A stretch of 27,459 bases of DNA from an uncultured Candidatus Saccharibacteria bacterium (GCA_964536655.1 CAZHYH010000001.1:1-27459), one strand, 5' to 3'. Shown: positions 15,110-24,206, counted from the first letter of the stretch. Numbers and translations: made by a program. Notes: generated by a model from the sequence alone, not told the origin.

Positions 15110-16072
15110 TTATTTTAATATAATTACCTCTCTGCTACGAGATTCAAGTTGAACCACGGCAAAATTAAACGCCAATAATATTTCATATACAATAAAAGCT
15201 AACAAAGCAATGGGCGCATGAATAAACGGAATAAAACTTCTAACCAGTGAATAAATTAATATTAAAGAAACGCTCCAGAGAAAAACTTTCGAAGAAGGCG
15301 TAAGATCGATGTATTTAAAACGTAAAGTATCATAGATGTTAGCAGATATCGGTTTCCCCAAATCTATCTTGCTGCCAATAATATCCTCCACTTTCTCCGT
15401 CAGCTGATCTACGGACTTAGTAATTAGCTGATTTTGCGCCCAGAGAGGCAGTTTATTTAAATCTTGTACCTCTTTATCGCCTAAGTTCGAAACTACAATA
15501 TTATTTAATAATTCGCGCATAGGCACGGAGGGAGAAAAAGTTGGGTAATATCTCATAACCAGCGGTGTAAGCGGTCTTAAAAGGATATTTACTCCCTCTT
15601 CGCTAAATAAGCCGCCTTTCATAACAAACATAACTATGATAAAAAGCACGAGAGCGGGCGCGACGAGATTTAAAGACAAACGCGAAACCCTGAAAAAGCG
15701 AATTTTCATAGTGGCTTCCAGTTCTTTACGGCTGTCAAAAGAAGCTTTAAATAAAAGAACTGTAAGAACGAAAACAGCTATAACAAAAAGCCCTGAAAAA
15801 TTTTGGTAAAAGGGTAAAGCGAAAGCTATTGATTCTAAAAGAATCGCAAAAAAAAGTTTATCAAAGCCCTTAATAAAAAGATTTTGCAGGATAAAAATAA
15901 CTAGAAATATAATTGTGAAAACGGCGCCATATATCAACTTGCCTTCCTCAAGAAAGTAACCGGCTAAACCCGCAAAGAGTACGGCAGCAAAAATGACAAT
16001 AGAAATTTTAAGAATAGACCTGTCTACATCAGCCACATCGGAAGCGCTCTGTAGAAGAGAATTATTGTCCAT
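15110..16072 (-). CDS. Hypothetical multi-pass membrane protein
   Basis: 320 aa with about five N-terminal and two C-terminal hydrophobic segments around a soluble domain. It overlaps the dnaK stop. Confidence 0.75.
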   Translation of the reverse strand: MDNNSLLQSASDVADVDRSILKISIVIFAAVLFAGLAGYFLEEGKLIYGAVFTIIFLVIFILQNLFIKGFDKLFFAILLESIAFALPFYQNFSGLFVIAVFVLTVLLFKASFDSRKELEATMKIRFFRVSRLSLNLVAPALVLFIIVMFVMKGGLFSEEGVNILLRPLTPLVMRYYPTFSPSVPMRELLNNIVVSNLGDKEVQDLNKLPLWAQNQLITKSVDQLTEKVEDIIGSKIDLGKPISANIYDTLRFKYIDLTPSSKVFLWSVSLILIYSLVRSFIPFIHAPIALLAFIVYEILLAFNFAVVQLESRSREVIILK

Positions 16073-17876
16073 CCCCTTTATTATATAGGGAGCTGCCTAT
16101 TTTTTGAAGTTCTTGAGAGAGCTCATTCACTGCCGCTTCTATAGTGCTTTTGTCGTCACTTTTTGCGGCTTCTCTTACGACTTCTATTTTAGATTTAACG
16201 CTTTCTTTGATTTCAACCGCTACTTTATCACCGGCATCATTTAAAGATTTTTCGGCAACATAAATCAAATTCTCCGCTTTGTTTTTGGTTTCCACTAAAT
16301 CCTTTTTCTTTCTATCTTCCTCCGCATGCAAGGTAGCTTCTTTTTTAAGTTTCTCAATTTCTTCTTTAGAAAGCGAGGTTGTGGCTTCCACGCGGATCGA
16401 TTGGCTCTTGCTTGTCGCTTTATCAACGGCTTTCACGCTTAAGATGCCATTGGCATCAATATCAAAAGTCACTTCTACCTGAGGAGTGCCGCGAGACGCA
16501 GGCGGGATGCCGTCTAAAATGAACCTGGCTAAAGTTTTATTACCAGTTGCCATCTCTCTCTCACCTTGCAAGATGTGCACTTCAACGGATGTCTGATTGT
16601 CGGCGGCAGTAGAAAATATCTGTGTTTTAGCCGTAGGAACGGTAGTATTTTTATCTATAAGCTTAGTAAATATCCCTCCCAACGTTTCGATGCCTAAAGA
16701 TAGCGGAGTTACATCAAGTAAGAGAATATCTTTGACGTCCCCTTGAAATATACCGGCTTGAACTGCGGCTCCCATGGCTACCACCTCGTCCGGATTTATT
16801 CCCCTGTGCGGCTCCTTGCCGAAAAGTTTTTTGACTGCCTCTTGTATTGCCGGCATTCTCGTTTGCCCACCAACAAGAAGAATTTCGTCTACTTCGTCCA
16901 TTTTAAAGCCGGCTGATTTAATAGTTTCCTTGGTAAGCTCAATTGATCTATCAATGTAATCGGAAACTAAAGACTCTAGTTTAGCTCTGGTTAGTTTTAT
17001 TAGAAGATGTTTAGGGCCAGCGGAGTCCGAGCTGATATATGGTAAATTAATTTCCGTTTCAAGCGCAGTAGAAAGTTCATGTTTAGCGCGCTCAACCGCT
17101 TCTTTCAATCTTTGCAAAGCCAGAGGGTCACGGGAAATATCTATACCTTCCTGCTTCTTATAATCACTCACTATGTGTTCAGTTATTCTTTTGTCAAAAT
17201 CATCTCCGCCCAAGTGAGTGTCTCCTCCGGTGGACTTAACCTCTACGGTGTCGTCTCCAACTTCAAGGACCGAAATATCAAATGTACCGCCGCCGAAATC
17301 ATAAACAACTATCTGTTCATTTTTCTGCCTATTCATGCCGTAAGCTAAAGCCGCGGCCGTCGGCTCGTTTAAGATGCGACGCACCTTAAAACCGGCGATT
17401 TCACCGGCATTTTTGGTCGCCTGTCTTTGCGAATCATCAAAATAGGCCGGCACCGTAATCACGGCCTCGTCTATCCTTTCACCCAGTTTAGCTTCTGCGT
17501 CGGCTTTCAACTTAGCTAAAACCATAGCTGAAACCTCTTCGGGCTTATACCATCTGTCGCCCATCTTAATCTCCACGCCGCCATCCGCTCCTTCTTTTAT
17601 CTCATAGGGCAATACCTTTTTATCCAGTTGCACTTTTTCATCGGAGAATTTTCTGCCAATCAAGCGTTTTACGGAAAAAATAGTGTTCTGGGGATTGGTA
17701 ATCGCCTGTCTTTTACCCAGCAACCCGACTAAACGCTCATTCGATCTGGACATGGCGACTATTGAAGGCGTAGTTCTCGCGCCTTCAGCGTTTTCCAAAA
17801 TAATCGGTTCGCCGCCGGAGACAACCGCCATAGCGGAGTTAGTTGTGCCTAAATCTATACCTAGTATTTTGCTCAT
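16062..17876 (-). CDS. dnaK: Chaperone DnaK (Hsp70)
   Basis: [45 protein letters not shown] and [11 protein letters not shown]. Confidence 0.98.
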   Translation of the reverse strand: MSKILGIDLGTTNSAMAVVSGGEPIILENAEGARTTPSIVAMSRSNERLVGLLGKRQAITNPQNTIFSVKRLIGRKFSDEKVQLDKKVLPYEIKEGADGGVEIKMGDRWYKPEEVSAMVLAKLKADAEAKLGERIDEAVITVPAYFDDSQRQATKNAGEIAGFKVRRILNEPTAAALAYGMNRQKNEQIVVYDFGGGTFDISVLEVGDDTVEVKSTGGDTHLGGDDFDKRITEHIVSDYKKQEGIDISRDPLALQRLKEAVERAKHELSTALETEINLPYISSDSAGPKHLLIKLTRAKLESLVSDYIDRSIELTKETIKSAGFKMDEVDEILLVGGQTRMPAIQEAVKKLFGKEPHRGINPDEVVAMGAAVQAGIFQGDVKDILLLDVTPLSLGIETLGGIFTKLIDKNTTVPTAKTQIFSTAADNQTSVEVHILQGEREMATGNKTLARFILDGIPPASRGTPQVEVTFDIDANGILSVKAVDKATSKSQSIRVEATTSLSKEEIEKLKKEATLHAEEDRKKKDLVETKNKAENLIYVAEKSLNDAGDKVAVEIKESVKSKIEVVREAAKSDDKSTIEAAVNELSQELQKIGSSLYNKGDGQ

Positions 17877-17879
17877 TTT

Positions 17880-18404
17880 TTACTTAAATAATCTGACTCT
17901 CGTCGGCCTTAAGACTTTATTATATAACATATAACCAGTCTCAACCTCTTCCGCAATAGTACCGGATTCGCCATTCTCCGAAACGTTGCCCACCGCTTCA
18001 TGATAGCTTGGGTTAAATTTATCATTTTTATTGACCTTAATTTTCTGCAATCCTCTTCTTTTCAGAATATCCTCCAATTGAGTCTTGATGAGATATATTC
18101 CCTTTTCCACCTTACCTTCTGATTTCTCTAAAGTGACAAGAGCCAGTTCAAAGCTGTCCAAAACGGAGATTAAGTCCCGTATGACTTCCTCATTGCCGAA
18201 TTTAGCCATTTCTTCCAGGCGTTTCAGCTCTTCTTTTTTATAGTTTATTAAATCAGCTTTGCTTCGACGCCAACCATCCAAATATTCATCTCTTTCTTTA
18301 GAGATTTTTTCAAGTTCTTCCTGCAAAGCTTTGGCTTCATCTACGCCTTCAAGCAATTCCGGCTCTTGTTTTTTGTTTTCTTCTTTTTTATTCTGCTCTT
18401 CCAT
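17880..18404 (-). CDS. grpE: Nucleotide exchange factor GrpE
   Basis: ADLINYKK coiled coil, FNPSYHEAV and GYMLYNKVLRPTRV; immediately upstream of dnaK. Confidence 0.95.
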   Translation of the reverse strand: MEEQNKKEENKKQEPELLEGVDEAKALQEELEKISKERDEYLDGWRRSKADLINYKKEELKRLEEMAKFGNEEVIRDLISVLDSFELALVTLEKSEGKVEKGIYLIKTQLEDILKRRGLQKIKVNKNDKFNPSYHEAVGNVSENGESGTIAEEVETGYMLYNKVLRPTRVRLFK

Positions 18405-18427
18405 GAGAAATTCGAAATTCCTTCCAA

Positions 18428-18456
18428 AATCTAAGCGAAATGGGACAGATTGTCAA
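18428..18456 (-). promoter_or_regulatory. Putative sigma70 promoter TTGACA-N17-TAGATT for the grpE-dnaK operon
   Basis: Perfect -35 at 18451-18456, 17-nt spacer and -10 at 18428-18433. No CIRCE inverted repeat is seen. Confidence 0.65.
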
Positions 18457-18485
18457 GGATTAATAGAAAGCTTAATCAACATAAA

Positions 18486-19088
18486 CTAAATCCTCCTCTC
18501 TAAAGCATTGCTTAAAGTATCCTCGTCGGCGAACTCGATCTCGCCACCGGTCGGTATGCCTCTGCCTAAACGAGTGACTTTATTAGCAAAATTTTGAAGT
18601 TCTTTAGCTATAATTGAGGCGTTTAAATCACCGTAGGTGGTTGGGTTAATAGCTATTATGATTTCCTCCGCTTTACCGTTTAACTTCTCGCTAATCCAGC
18701 TTTTTAAACTTTGCATCCTTAATTTTTGACTTGTTTCTAAAATCCCGTTTTTATGCAAATCTCCCAATATTAAGTAGCGCCCGTTAAACTTCCCCGTGCT
18801 TTCTATAGAAAGAAGATCTGTTTCTTTTTCAACTATCGCAATTATCTTGTGATTCCTTTTGATATCGCTGCAAATATTACAAAAGCCGCTTGGGTTTTCG
18901 TGAATATAAAAACACTGCCGGCAGATTTTTATATTTTTAAGGCTAGCTATTGTCTTGGAAGCCTCTGCGTCAAAAGCAGTTCCTTCGTGAATAAAATAAA
19001 AGGCCAGCCGGACAGCTTGACGAGGACCTATGCCCGGCAGTTCGGAAAAAATATCGACAAATTTCTTAATGGCTCCCGGAATTCTCAT
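18486..19088 (-). CDS. recR: Recombination mediator RecR
   Basis: LPGIGPRQAVRLA HhH, C4 zinc finger CRQC...CNIC, Toprim IAIVE, and VTRLGRGIPTGGEIEFADEDTL. ATG 19088 (MRIP) is preferred over 19130. Confidence 0.95.
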   Translation of the reverse strand: MRIPGAIKKFVDIFSELPGIGPRQAVRLAFYFIHEGTAFDAEASKTIASLKNIKICRQCFYIHENPSGFCNICSDIKRNHKIIAIVEKETDLLSIESTGKFNGRYLILGDLHKNGILETSQKLRMQSLKSWISEKLNGKAEEIIIAINPTTYGDLNASIIAKELQNFANKVTRLGRGIPTGGEIEFADEDTLSNALERRI

Positions 19089-20433
19089 CTCTTTTATCCA
19101 CGTTAAAGAAACTAACCTTTTGTTTGTCAAAATACAGATTTACCGACCCTGTAGGACCATTGCGGTGTTTGGCTACGATAACATCAACTATATTTTGCTC
19201 TTCCACTGAAACATCTGTTCGCCCGGTGTCTTTAGGATGAAGTAAGAGAACAACGTCTGCGTCTTGTTCAATAGAACCGGACTCACGGAGATCGGACAAT
19301 CTCGGCATTTTGCCATCACGCTGATCCACGGCACGAGAGAGCTGTGAAACCGCGATCAGCGGAATATTTAATTCTCTGGCCAAGCCTTTAAGACCCCTCG
19401 ATATTTCCGTGACCTGCTGGACTATGGATTCGTAGTTGGTTCTCGGCTGAATAAGCTGCAGGTAATCAACCACTAAGAGCCCCAAAGATTTATGCTCGGC
19501 CTGCAACCTCCTAGCCATGGAACGCATCTGCACCACATTAGGCGAAGGCGTATCGTCTATGAATAAGGGAGCGTTAGATAACCTATCTAACGCAGTTTGC
19601 ACCATTTCAAATTCCAATTCGTCTCTTAAGCGCCCGGTACGCAGTTTCCAGAGATCAACTTGGGCTTCAGCGGCAATAAGCCTATCGATAACCTGTTCAC
19701 GACTCATCTCCAGCGAAAAAATACCTACGCTGGCGCCATGTCTTACAGCCGCATTTCTCGCAATATCTAACACAAGAGCAGTCTTTCCATAAGAAGGCCG
19801 CGCTCCGACAATAATAAGATCTGACTTCTGCAGACCGGATAACATACTATCAAGTCCTGTAAAGCCGGTTGGCACTCCGCGCATTCTTCCTTCGTCTCCG
19901 TGATGCAATTTTTCAATCCTTTCGTAAGCGCCTTTAAGTTCTTCTTTTATTGGAACGAAATTTTTAATGGTCCCTTGTTGGGAAATAGAAAATATTCTTT
20001 GCTCAACGAGATCGAGAATGCTTTCTAAATCATCTTCGGGATGAAAAGCGCTTTCGGCAATCTCTGCCGAAGCGCTAATTAGTTCCCTTAATATCTTCTT
20101 TTCTTTAACAATCTTGCCGTAATGTAAAATGTGGGAGGAAGTTGGAACTGTATTTACTAATTCGGTTAAATAAGCCGAACCGCCCACTTCTTTCAAGTTC
20201 TCGCTTCTCCTCAACTCCGCAGTAACACTCAAAACATCTATCGGTTCGTGCTTTCCCCAAAGTTTTAACACCGCTTCGTAAATAAGACTATGAGATTTTT
20301 TATAAAAATCTGATGGTACCAAAATATCCGCCACGGAAAAAATGGCGTCTTTGTCTATCATTAGAGCGCCTAAGACAGACTGCTCGGCGTCTAAATCTTG
20401 AGGCGGTAGTTTTAAATCCTTAGTTATTGCCAT
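19066..20433 (-). CDS. dnaB: Replicative DNA helicase DnaB (no intein)
   Basis: PPQDLDAEQSVLG, GARPSYGKT, FSLEMS, VDYLQL, SQLSR and SDLRESGSIEQDAD. Confidence 0.97.
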   Translation of the reverse strand: MAITKDLKLPPQDLDAEQSVLGALMIDKDAIFSVADILVPSDFYKKSHSLIYEAVLKLWGKHEPIDVLSVTAELRRSENLKEVGGSAYLTELVNTVPTSSHILHYGKIVKEKKILRELISASAEIAESAFHPEDDLESILDLVEQRIFSISQQGTIKNFVPIKEELKGAYERIEKLHHGDEGRMRGVPTGFTGLDSMLSGLQKSDLIIVGARPSYGKTALVLDIARNAAVRHGASVGIFSLEMSREQVIDRLIAAEAQVDLWKLRTGRLRDELEFEMVQTALDRLSNAPLFIDDTPSPNVVQMRSMARRLQAEHKSLGLLVVDYLQLIQPRTNYESIVQQVTEISRGLKGLARELNIPLIAVSQLSRAVDQRDGKMPRLSDLRESGSIEQDADVVLLLHPKDTGRTDVSVEEQNIVDVIVAKHRNGPTGSVNLYFDKQKVSFFNVDKRDENSGSH

Positions 20434-21793
20434 TTATGATGCGTGGACCGCTTTCAGTGTCTTCTATCCTATATCCTAACGCCTTCACTTCCTTTCTCAA
20501 AGCGTCTGCCTGAATAAACTGTTTATTAGTCCTGAATTTTTCTCTCTGACTCACAAGTTTGGCTATTTTGAGAGGCACAATTGTCTTGCGTGGCTTTACG
20601 TTCTTAAGCCCGAATCCGAAGATTTCATCGAAATTATAAGCGAGTTCCTTCTTAGAAATTGGCGGTATATCCCTATCTTTCACGATCCGCCACAAGACAT
20701 TCAACGCCTTGGGAATGTTAAGATCGTCATTTACGGATTCCATAAAATCTTTTTTGTAAGCTGCCACTTTTCTGCTAGTTAAAGGAGATAACTTTTCTTT
20801 CTTTATAGAGTAGAGTCCGGCCATAGTGTTTACGAGTTTATTGAGGGCGTTTTCAGCCGATACCAAACCATCCCAAGTAAAATTAAGCTTCTTGCGATAA
20901 TGTGTGCTAAAAGTGAAGTATTTGAAACTTAAAGGATTGAATCCCCTGGCTTCGATATCGCGCAAAGTGAAGAAGTTTTTCAACGATTTGGACATTTTCT
21001 GTCCGTTTATAAGAAGATGTTCTCCTTCTAACCAATAATTAACGAATTTTTTGCCTGTCGCCGCCTCTGCTTGGGCAATTTCATTTTCATGATGCGGAAA
21101 CAATAAATCGACTGCGCCAGTATGAATGTCAAAAGAGGCGCCTAAATATTTCATACTCATTGCAGAACATTCAATATGCCATCCAGGTCTGCCTTGTCCT
21201 AATCTGCTTTTCCAAGAGGGTTCACCGGGTTTCTTCGCTTTCCATAGAACAAAATCCTGAGCCTCTTCTTTATTGTATTCGTCGGCTTCAATCCTTGCGC
21301 CGACTTTTATCTCTCTTTTTTGCAGTCGAGAAAGCTTGCCATATTTTTTGAATCTGGAAATGTCAAAATATATTGAACCGTCCTTACCTTTATAAGCGAC
21401 ACCCTTTTTTATCAGCTTGCTTATCAAACTCAGCATTTCTTGTATATGTTCCGTCGCTTTTGGATAAACCTCTGCTTTTTCTATATTTAATTTTTTAATG
21501 TCGTCGAAGAACGCCCTGGTATACGGGACGGAAATCCCCTTGATTGATTTTCTCTCTTTTTGGGCACGCTTTATTATCTTATCGTCAACATCGGTTATAT
21601 TCATCACCTGTCTTACTTTGTAACCGTCATATTTAAGGGTGCGGCGAAGCAGGTCGTCAAAGACGTAAGTCCGCAAATTGCCGACATGAGCATAGTCGTA
21701 AACAGTTGGTCCGCAAGTATAGAAACGCACCAATTTGCCTTTAAGAGGTTTGAATTTTTCTTTTTTGCCCGACAAAACGTTATAGAAAAACAT
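20420..21793 (-). CDS. cysS: Cysteine--tRNA ligase
   Basis: YTCGPTVYDYAHVGN (HIGH), GRPGWHIECSAM, DLLFPHHENE and KMSKS. The start is ATG 21793 or TTG 21796. Confidence 0.97.
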   Translation of the reverse strand: MFFYNVLSGKKEKFKPLKGKLVRFYTCGPTVYDYAHVGNLRTYVFDDLLRRTLKYDGYKVRQVMNITDVDDKIIKRAQKERKSIKGISVPYTRAFFDDIKKLNIEKAEVYPKATEHIQEMLSLISKLIKKGVAYKGKDGSIYFDISRFKKYGKLSRLQKREIKVGARIEADEYNKEEAQDFVLWKAKKPGEPSWKSRLGQGRPGWHIECSAMSMKYLGASFDIHTGAVDLLFPHHENEIAQAEAATGKKFVNYWLEGEHLLINGQKMSKSLKNFFTLRDIEARGFNPLSFKYFTFSTHYRKKLNFTWDGLVSAENALNKLVNTMAGLYSIKKEKLSPLTSRKVAAYKKDFMESVNDDLNIPKALNVLWRIVKDRDIPPISKKELAYNFDEIFGFGLKNVKPRKTIVPLKIAKLVSQREKFRTNKQFIQADALRKEVKALGYRIEDTESGPRIINGNN

Positions 21794-21801
21794 CAAGATA
21801 A

Positions 21802-21810
21802 ATTATAACA
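21802..21810 (-). promoter_or_regulatory. Putative extended -10 promoter (TGTTATAAT) for cysS
   Basis: Consensus TGn-TATAAT 8 nt upstream of ATG 21793, with no SD in between. Confidence 0.55.
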
Positions 21811-21836
21811 TAGCATCAAAATAAGCGGCTAAATTG

Positions 21837-22157
21837 TTAGCCGCTTATTTTAGTTATCTCTGCCTCCGTAAAAGCCTGACGGTGCCCTTTTTTCTTCCTA
21901 TACCTGGATTTAGAGTGATATTTAAAAACAATCTTTTTTCTATCTCTTGCTTGTCTTATAACTTTGGCCTCTACCTTCGCGCCGCTTACATAAGGCCGGC
22001 CAAGACGCAAACTGCCGTCATCACCCACAAGTAATACTTTATCGAACACAAAAACACTGCCGCCTTCAGCGTTAACCTTTTCTATTTTGATTTTATCCCC
22101 CGGGGAAACCTTGTATTGCTTTCCGCCAGTCTCTATGACCGCAAACATAGTGGTCAT
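21837..22157 (-). CDS. rplU: 50S ribosomal protein L21
   Basis: FAVIETGGKQYKV, G.PYVSGAKVEA and KKGHRQ. The start is ATG 22157 or ATG 22148. Confidence 0.97.
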   Translation of the reverse strand: MTTMFAVIETGGKQYKVSPGDKIKIEKVNAEGGSVFVFDKVLLVGDDGSLRLGRPYVSGAKVEAKVIRQARDRKKIVFKYHSKSRYRKKKGHRQAFTEAEITKISG

Positions 22158-22163
22158 GATAAT

Positions 22164-22493
22164 TTAATTTACTGATGAAATCAAGTAAACAGAAATGAAG
22201 GTAAGGATGACTATTATCAGCGAAGTGCCGGAGAAAATATAAGATAAAATCCTCTCGCGATTATAAAGATGATAAGCTAATATGAAATTTATAAGCACAA
22301 TAATTCCGGCAATCGTTATGATGTTAAAAATATTTCCATTCCCACCTATAACATCCACCTCACCTTTATAATTGAAGTGAATAATAAACGGGCCTTCTAC
22401 GCCGTACAAAGTCGTATAGGTCATGACACCGGAAACTATCAACAGCGTCAAACTTAAGCCGAAAAGACTGATAATAAGTAAATTTCTAATCAT
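22164..22493 (-). CDS. Small three-TM membrane protein, DUF1648-like
   Basis: Three hydrophobic segments; loop motif IIHFNYKGEVD resembles the P.HF...G..D loop of DUF1648 proteins. Confidence 0.6.
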   Translation of the reverse strand: MIRNLLIISLFGLSLTLLIVSGVMTYTTLYGVEGPFIIHFNYKGEVDVIGGNGNIFNIITIAGIIVLINFILAYHLYNRERILSYIFSGTSLIIVILTFISVYLISSVN

Positions 22494-22567
22494 GGTAGCC
22501 CCAAGGGGAATCGAACCCCTGTTCCCGCCTTGAGAAGGCGGTGTCCTAGCCGCTAGACGATGGGGCC
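22493..22567 (-). tRNA. tRNA-Glu (anticodon CTC) with encoded CCA
   Basis: GGCCCCA/TGGGGCT acceptor, anticodon arm CCGCC-TTCTCAA-GGCGG, T arm AGGGG-TTCGATT-CCCCT, and ACCA end; 75 nt. Confidence 0.95.
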
Positions 22568-22801
22568 TCTCCTACGCTCCGATTACCATCGGAGCTTCGG
22601 AAGAGCAAGTAGTGGTAATTAACAGTTTACTTGTCCTTCCGAAGCTCAAATGTTCATTTGAGCGAAGGAGGAGACGATGGGGCCTCTCCTACGCTCCGAT
22701 TACCATCGGAGCTTCGGAAGAGCAAGTAGTGGTAATTAACAGTTTACTTGTCCTTCCGAAGCTCAAATGTTCATTTGAGCGAAGGAGGAGACGATGGGGC
22801 C
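22555..22801. repeat. Tandem repeat: two identical 117-bp units plus a third 13-bp copy of the tRNA-Glu 5' end
   Basis: AGACGATGGGGCC occurs at 22555, 22672 and 22789. The identical 104-bp interiors (22568-22671 and 22685-22788) each contain three hairpins. Confidence 0.92.
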
Positions 22802-22822
22802 ATAACGCTCGCTTCGCTCGCT

Positions 22823-22913
22823 AAAATCAAAATTTAAATCTCAAAAATCAAAATTACAATAATCTAAAAAGTTTGTATTGTCATTTTTAACTTTGATATT
22901 TACATTTTACACT
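22823..22913. repeat. Inverted pair of degenerate heptamer-repeat arms
   Basis: A-rich units aaaatca/aaattta/aatctca/aaaatca/aaattac (22823-22857) face T-rich units tgtcatt/tttaact/ttgatat/ttacatt/ttacact (22879-22913). Confidence 0.6.
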
Positions 22914-24194
22914 TTATAACCATTTGCCATACTGGCGAACCAATAAGTCTTGAGCCAATTCCGGATTAGACATAATTTCCAGCACTATCTTTTCCATTCT
23001 CATGGATTGCGACCCCTTAATTAAGACTAGATCGCGGCTTCCTAATATCTTCTGTATTTCCGGCTTTGCTTCTTCCGTGTTCCAGAAACTGTAGATGTCT
23101 TTTTTGGGGAAATCCGCCTTTCTTGCTCCTTCAGCTATAAAACGAGCCTTAGCGCCCACTGTTATCAGTATATCAGCAACGCCTACTGTTTTACGGCCGA
23201 TTTCTTCATGAGCATAAGTAGCGTATTTGCCCAATTCCGCCATATCACCAAATATCGCAACCTTTCTCGGAGCAGATAAATCTTTAAGTATGCCTAAAGC
23301 GGCCTCCGTTGCGAGCGGTGAGGAGTTATAAGTATCATCAAGTATATAACTATTCTTAATCCCTTCTATAAGGCGGCATCTCCCGGGTTCACCTTTATAT
23401 TGCGCAAGAGCTTCAGAGATTTTAACTAAATTCATACCCTTAATCAAACTGACTGCGGCAGCGGCGGCTGCGGCATAAGCTTGTGAATTTCCGAATACCC
23501 CATCAATCCTTACCGGCACAAAATTGTCCGATGTTTCTAATTTAAACGATATACCTAACGGTTTTCCAAATTCGCTTCTATTTACGAAACTGCTTATCCT
23601 CAAATCCGCCCCCTCTCCGAATCCATAAGTAACAGCCTTGCCCTTAAATAAGTTTTTCATATCCATAACAAGCGGATCATCAAAATTCAGTATTGCTGTA
23701 TCGTTTATGTTAAGCGCCTGGATAAGTTTAGATTTTTCTTTGGCTACCTCCTCCGTGTCGCTATAAAATTCTACGTGAACCGGAATACTTCCTATGGCAG
23801 TCACTATAACAACGTCCGGCTTCGCGATAGCAAGCAGATAATCAATATCACCAGGACGGTCCGCGGCATATTCCAAAACAAGCGCTTCGGGATAATGAGC
23901 CTTAAACAAAAGCTGTTCTAGAGACCTTAGAACAACGCTCAACCAAAACAGCATACCGCCAGATTTTTCATAATCTCCTAAAATAGCCAAAGGCATCCCC
24001 AATTCATTATTAAGGTTGCCTCCAGCTTTTCGTACGCTAAGACTTGATTTCAAAACTGTGTTAATGGCGGATTTGGTAGAGGTTTTCCCTACGCTGCCGG
24101 TGATGCCGATAATTGCGGGCTTGTATTTCGCTATCGTAAGCTTCGCTAAAACTTTCAAGATAAATTGCAATATGCTAAGAAAGTAAGTCTTCAT
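22914..24194 (-). CDS. murF: UDP-N-acetylmuramoyl-tripeptide--D-alanyl-D-alanine ligase
   Basis: GITGSVGKTSTK, NNELGMP, LDDTYNSSP, GDMAELG and VLIKGSQSMRME. Confidence 0.93.
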   Translation of the reverse strand: MKTYFLSILQFILKVLAKLTIAKYKPAIIGITGSVGKTSTKSAINTVLKSSLSVRKAGGNLNNELGMPLAILGDYEKSGGMLFWLSVVLRSLEQLLFKAHYPEALVLEYAADRPGDIDYLLAIAKPDVVIVTAIGSIPVHVEFYSDTEEVAKEKSKLIQALNINDTAILNFDDPLVMDMKNLFKGKAVTYGFGEGADLRISSFVNRSEFGKPLGISFKLETSDNFVPVRIDGVFGNSQAYAAAAAAAVSLIKGMNLVKISEALAQYKGEPGRCRLIEGIKNSYILDDTYNSSPLATEAALGILKDLSAPRKVAIFGDMAELGKYATYAHEEIGRKTVGVADILITVGAKARFIAEGARKADFPKKDIYSFWNTEEAKPEIQKILGSRDLVLIKGSQSMRMEKIVLEIMSNPELAQDLLVRQYGKWL

Positions 24195-24206
24195 AAATAA
24201 TTAAAT

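Noticed and set aside
18405-18485. CIRCE/HrcA operator upstream of grpE
   Set aside because: No TTAGCACTC-N9-GAGTGCTAA-like repeat is present, and hrcA is not in the window.
22555-22801. CRISPR array interpretation of the tandem repeat
   Set aside because: The supposed spacers are identical, the repeat is only 13 bp and equals the tRNA 5' end, and there are no cas genes.
22612-22824. 70-aa plus-strand ORF with an internal peptide repeat
   Set aside because: It is a by-product of the 117-bp (39-codon) tandem unit and the duplicated tRNA 5' end; there is no independent coding evidence.
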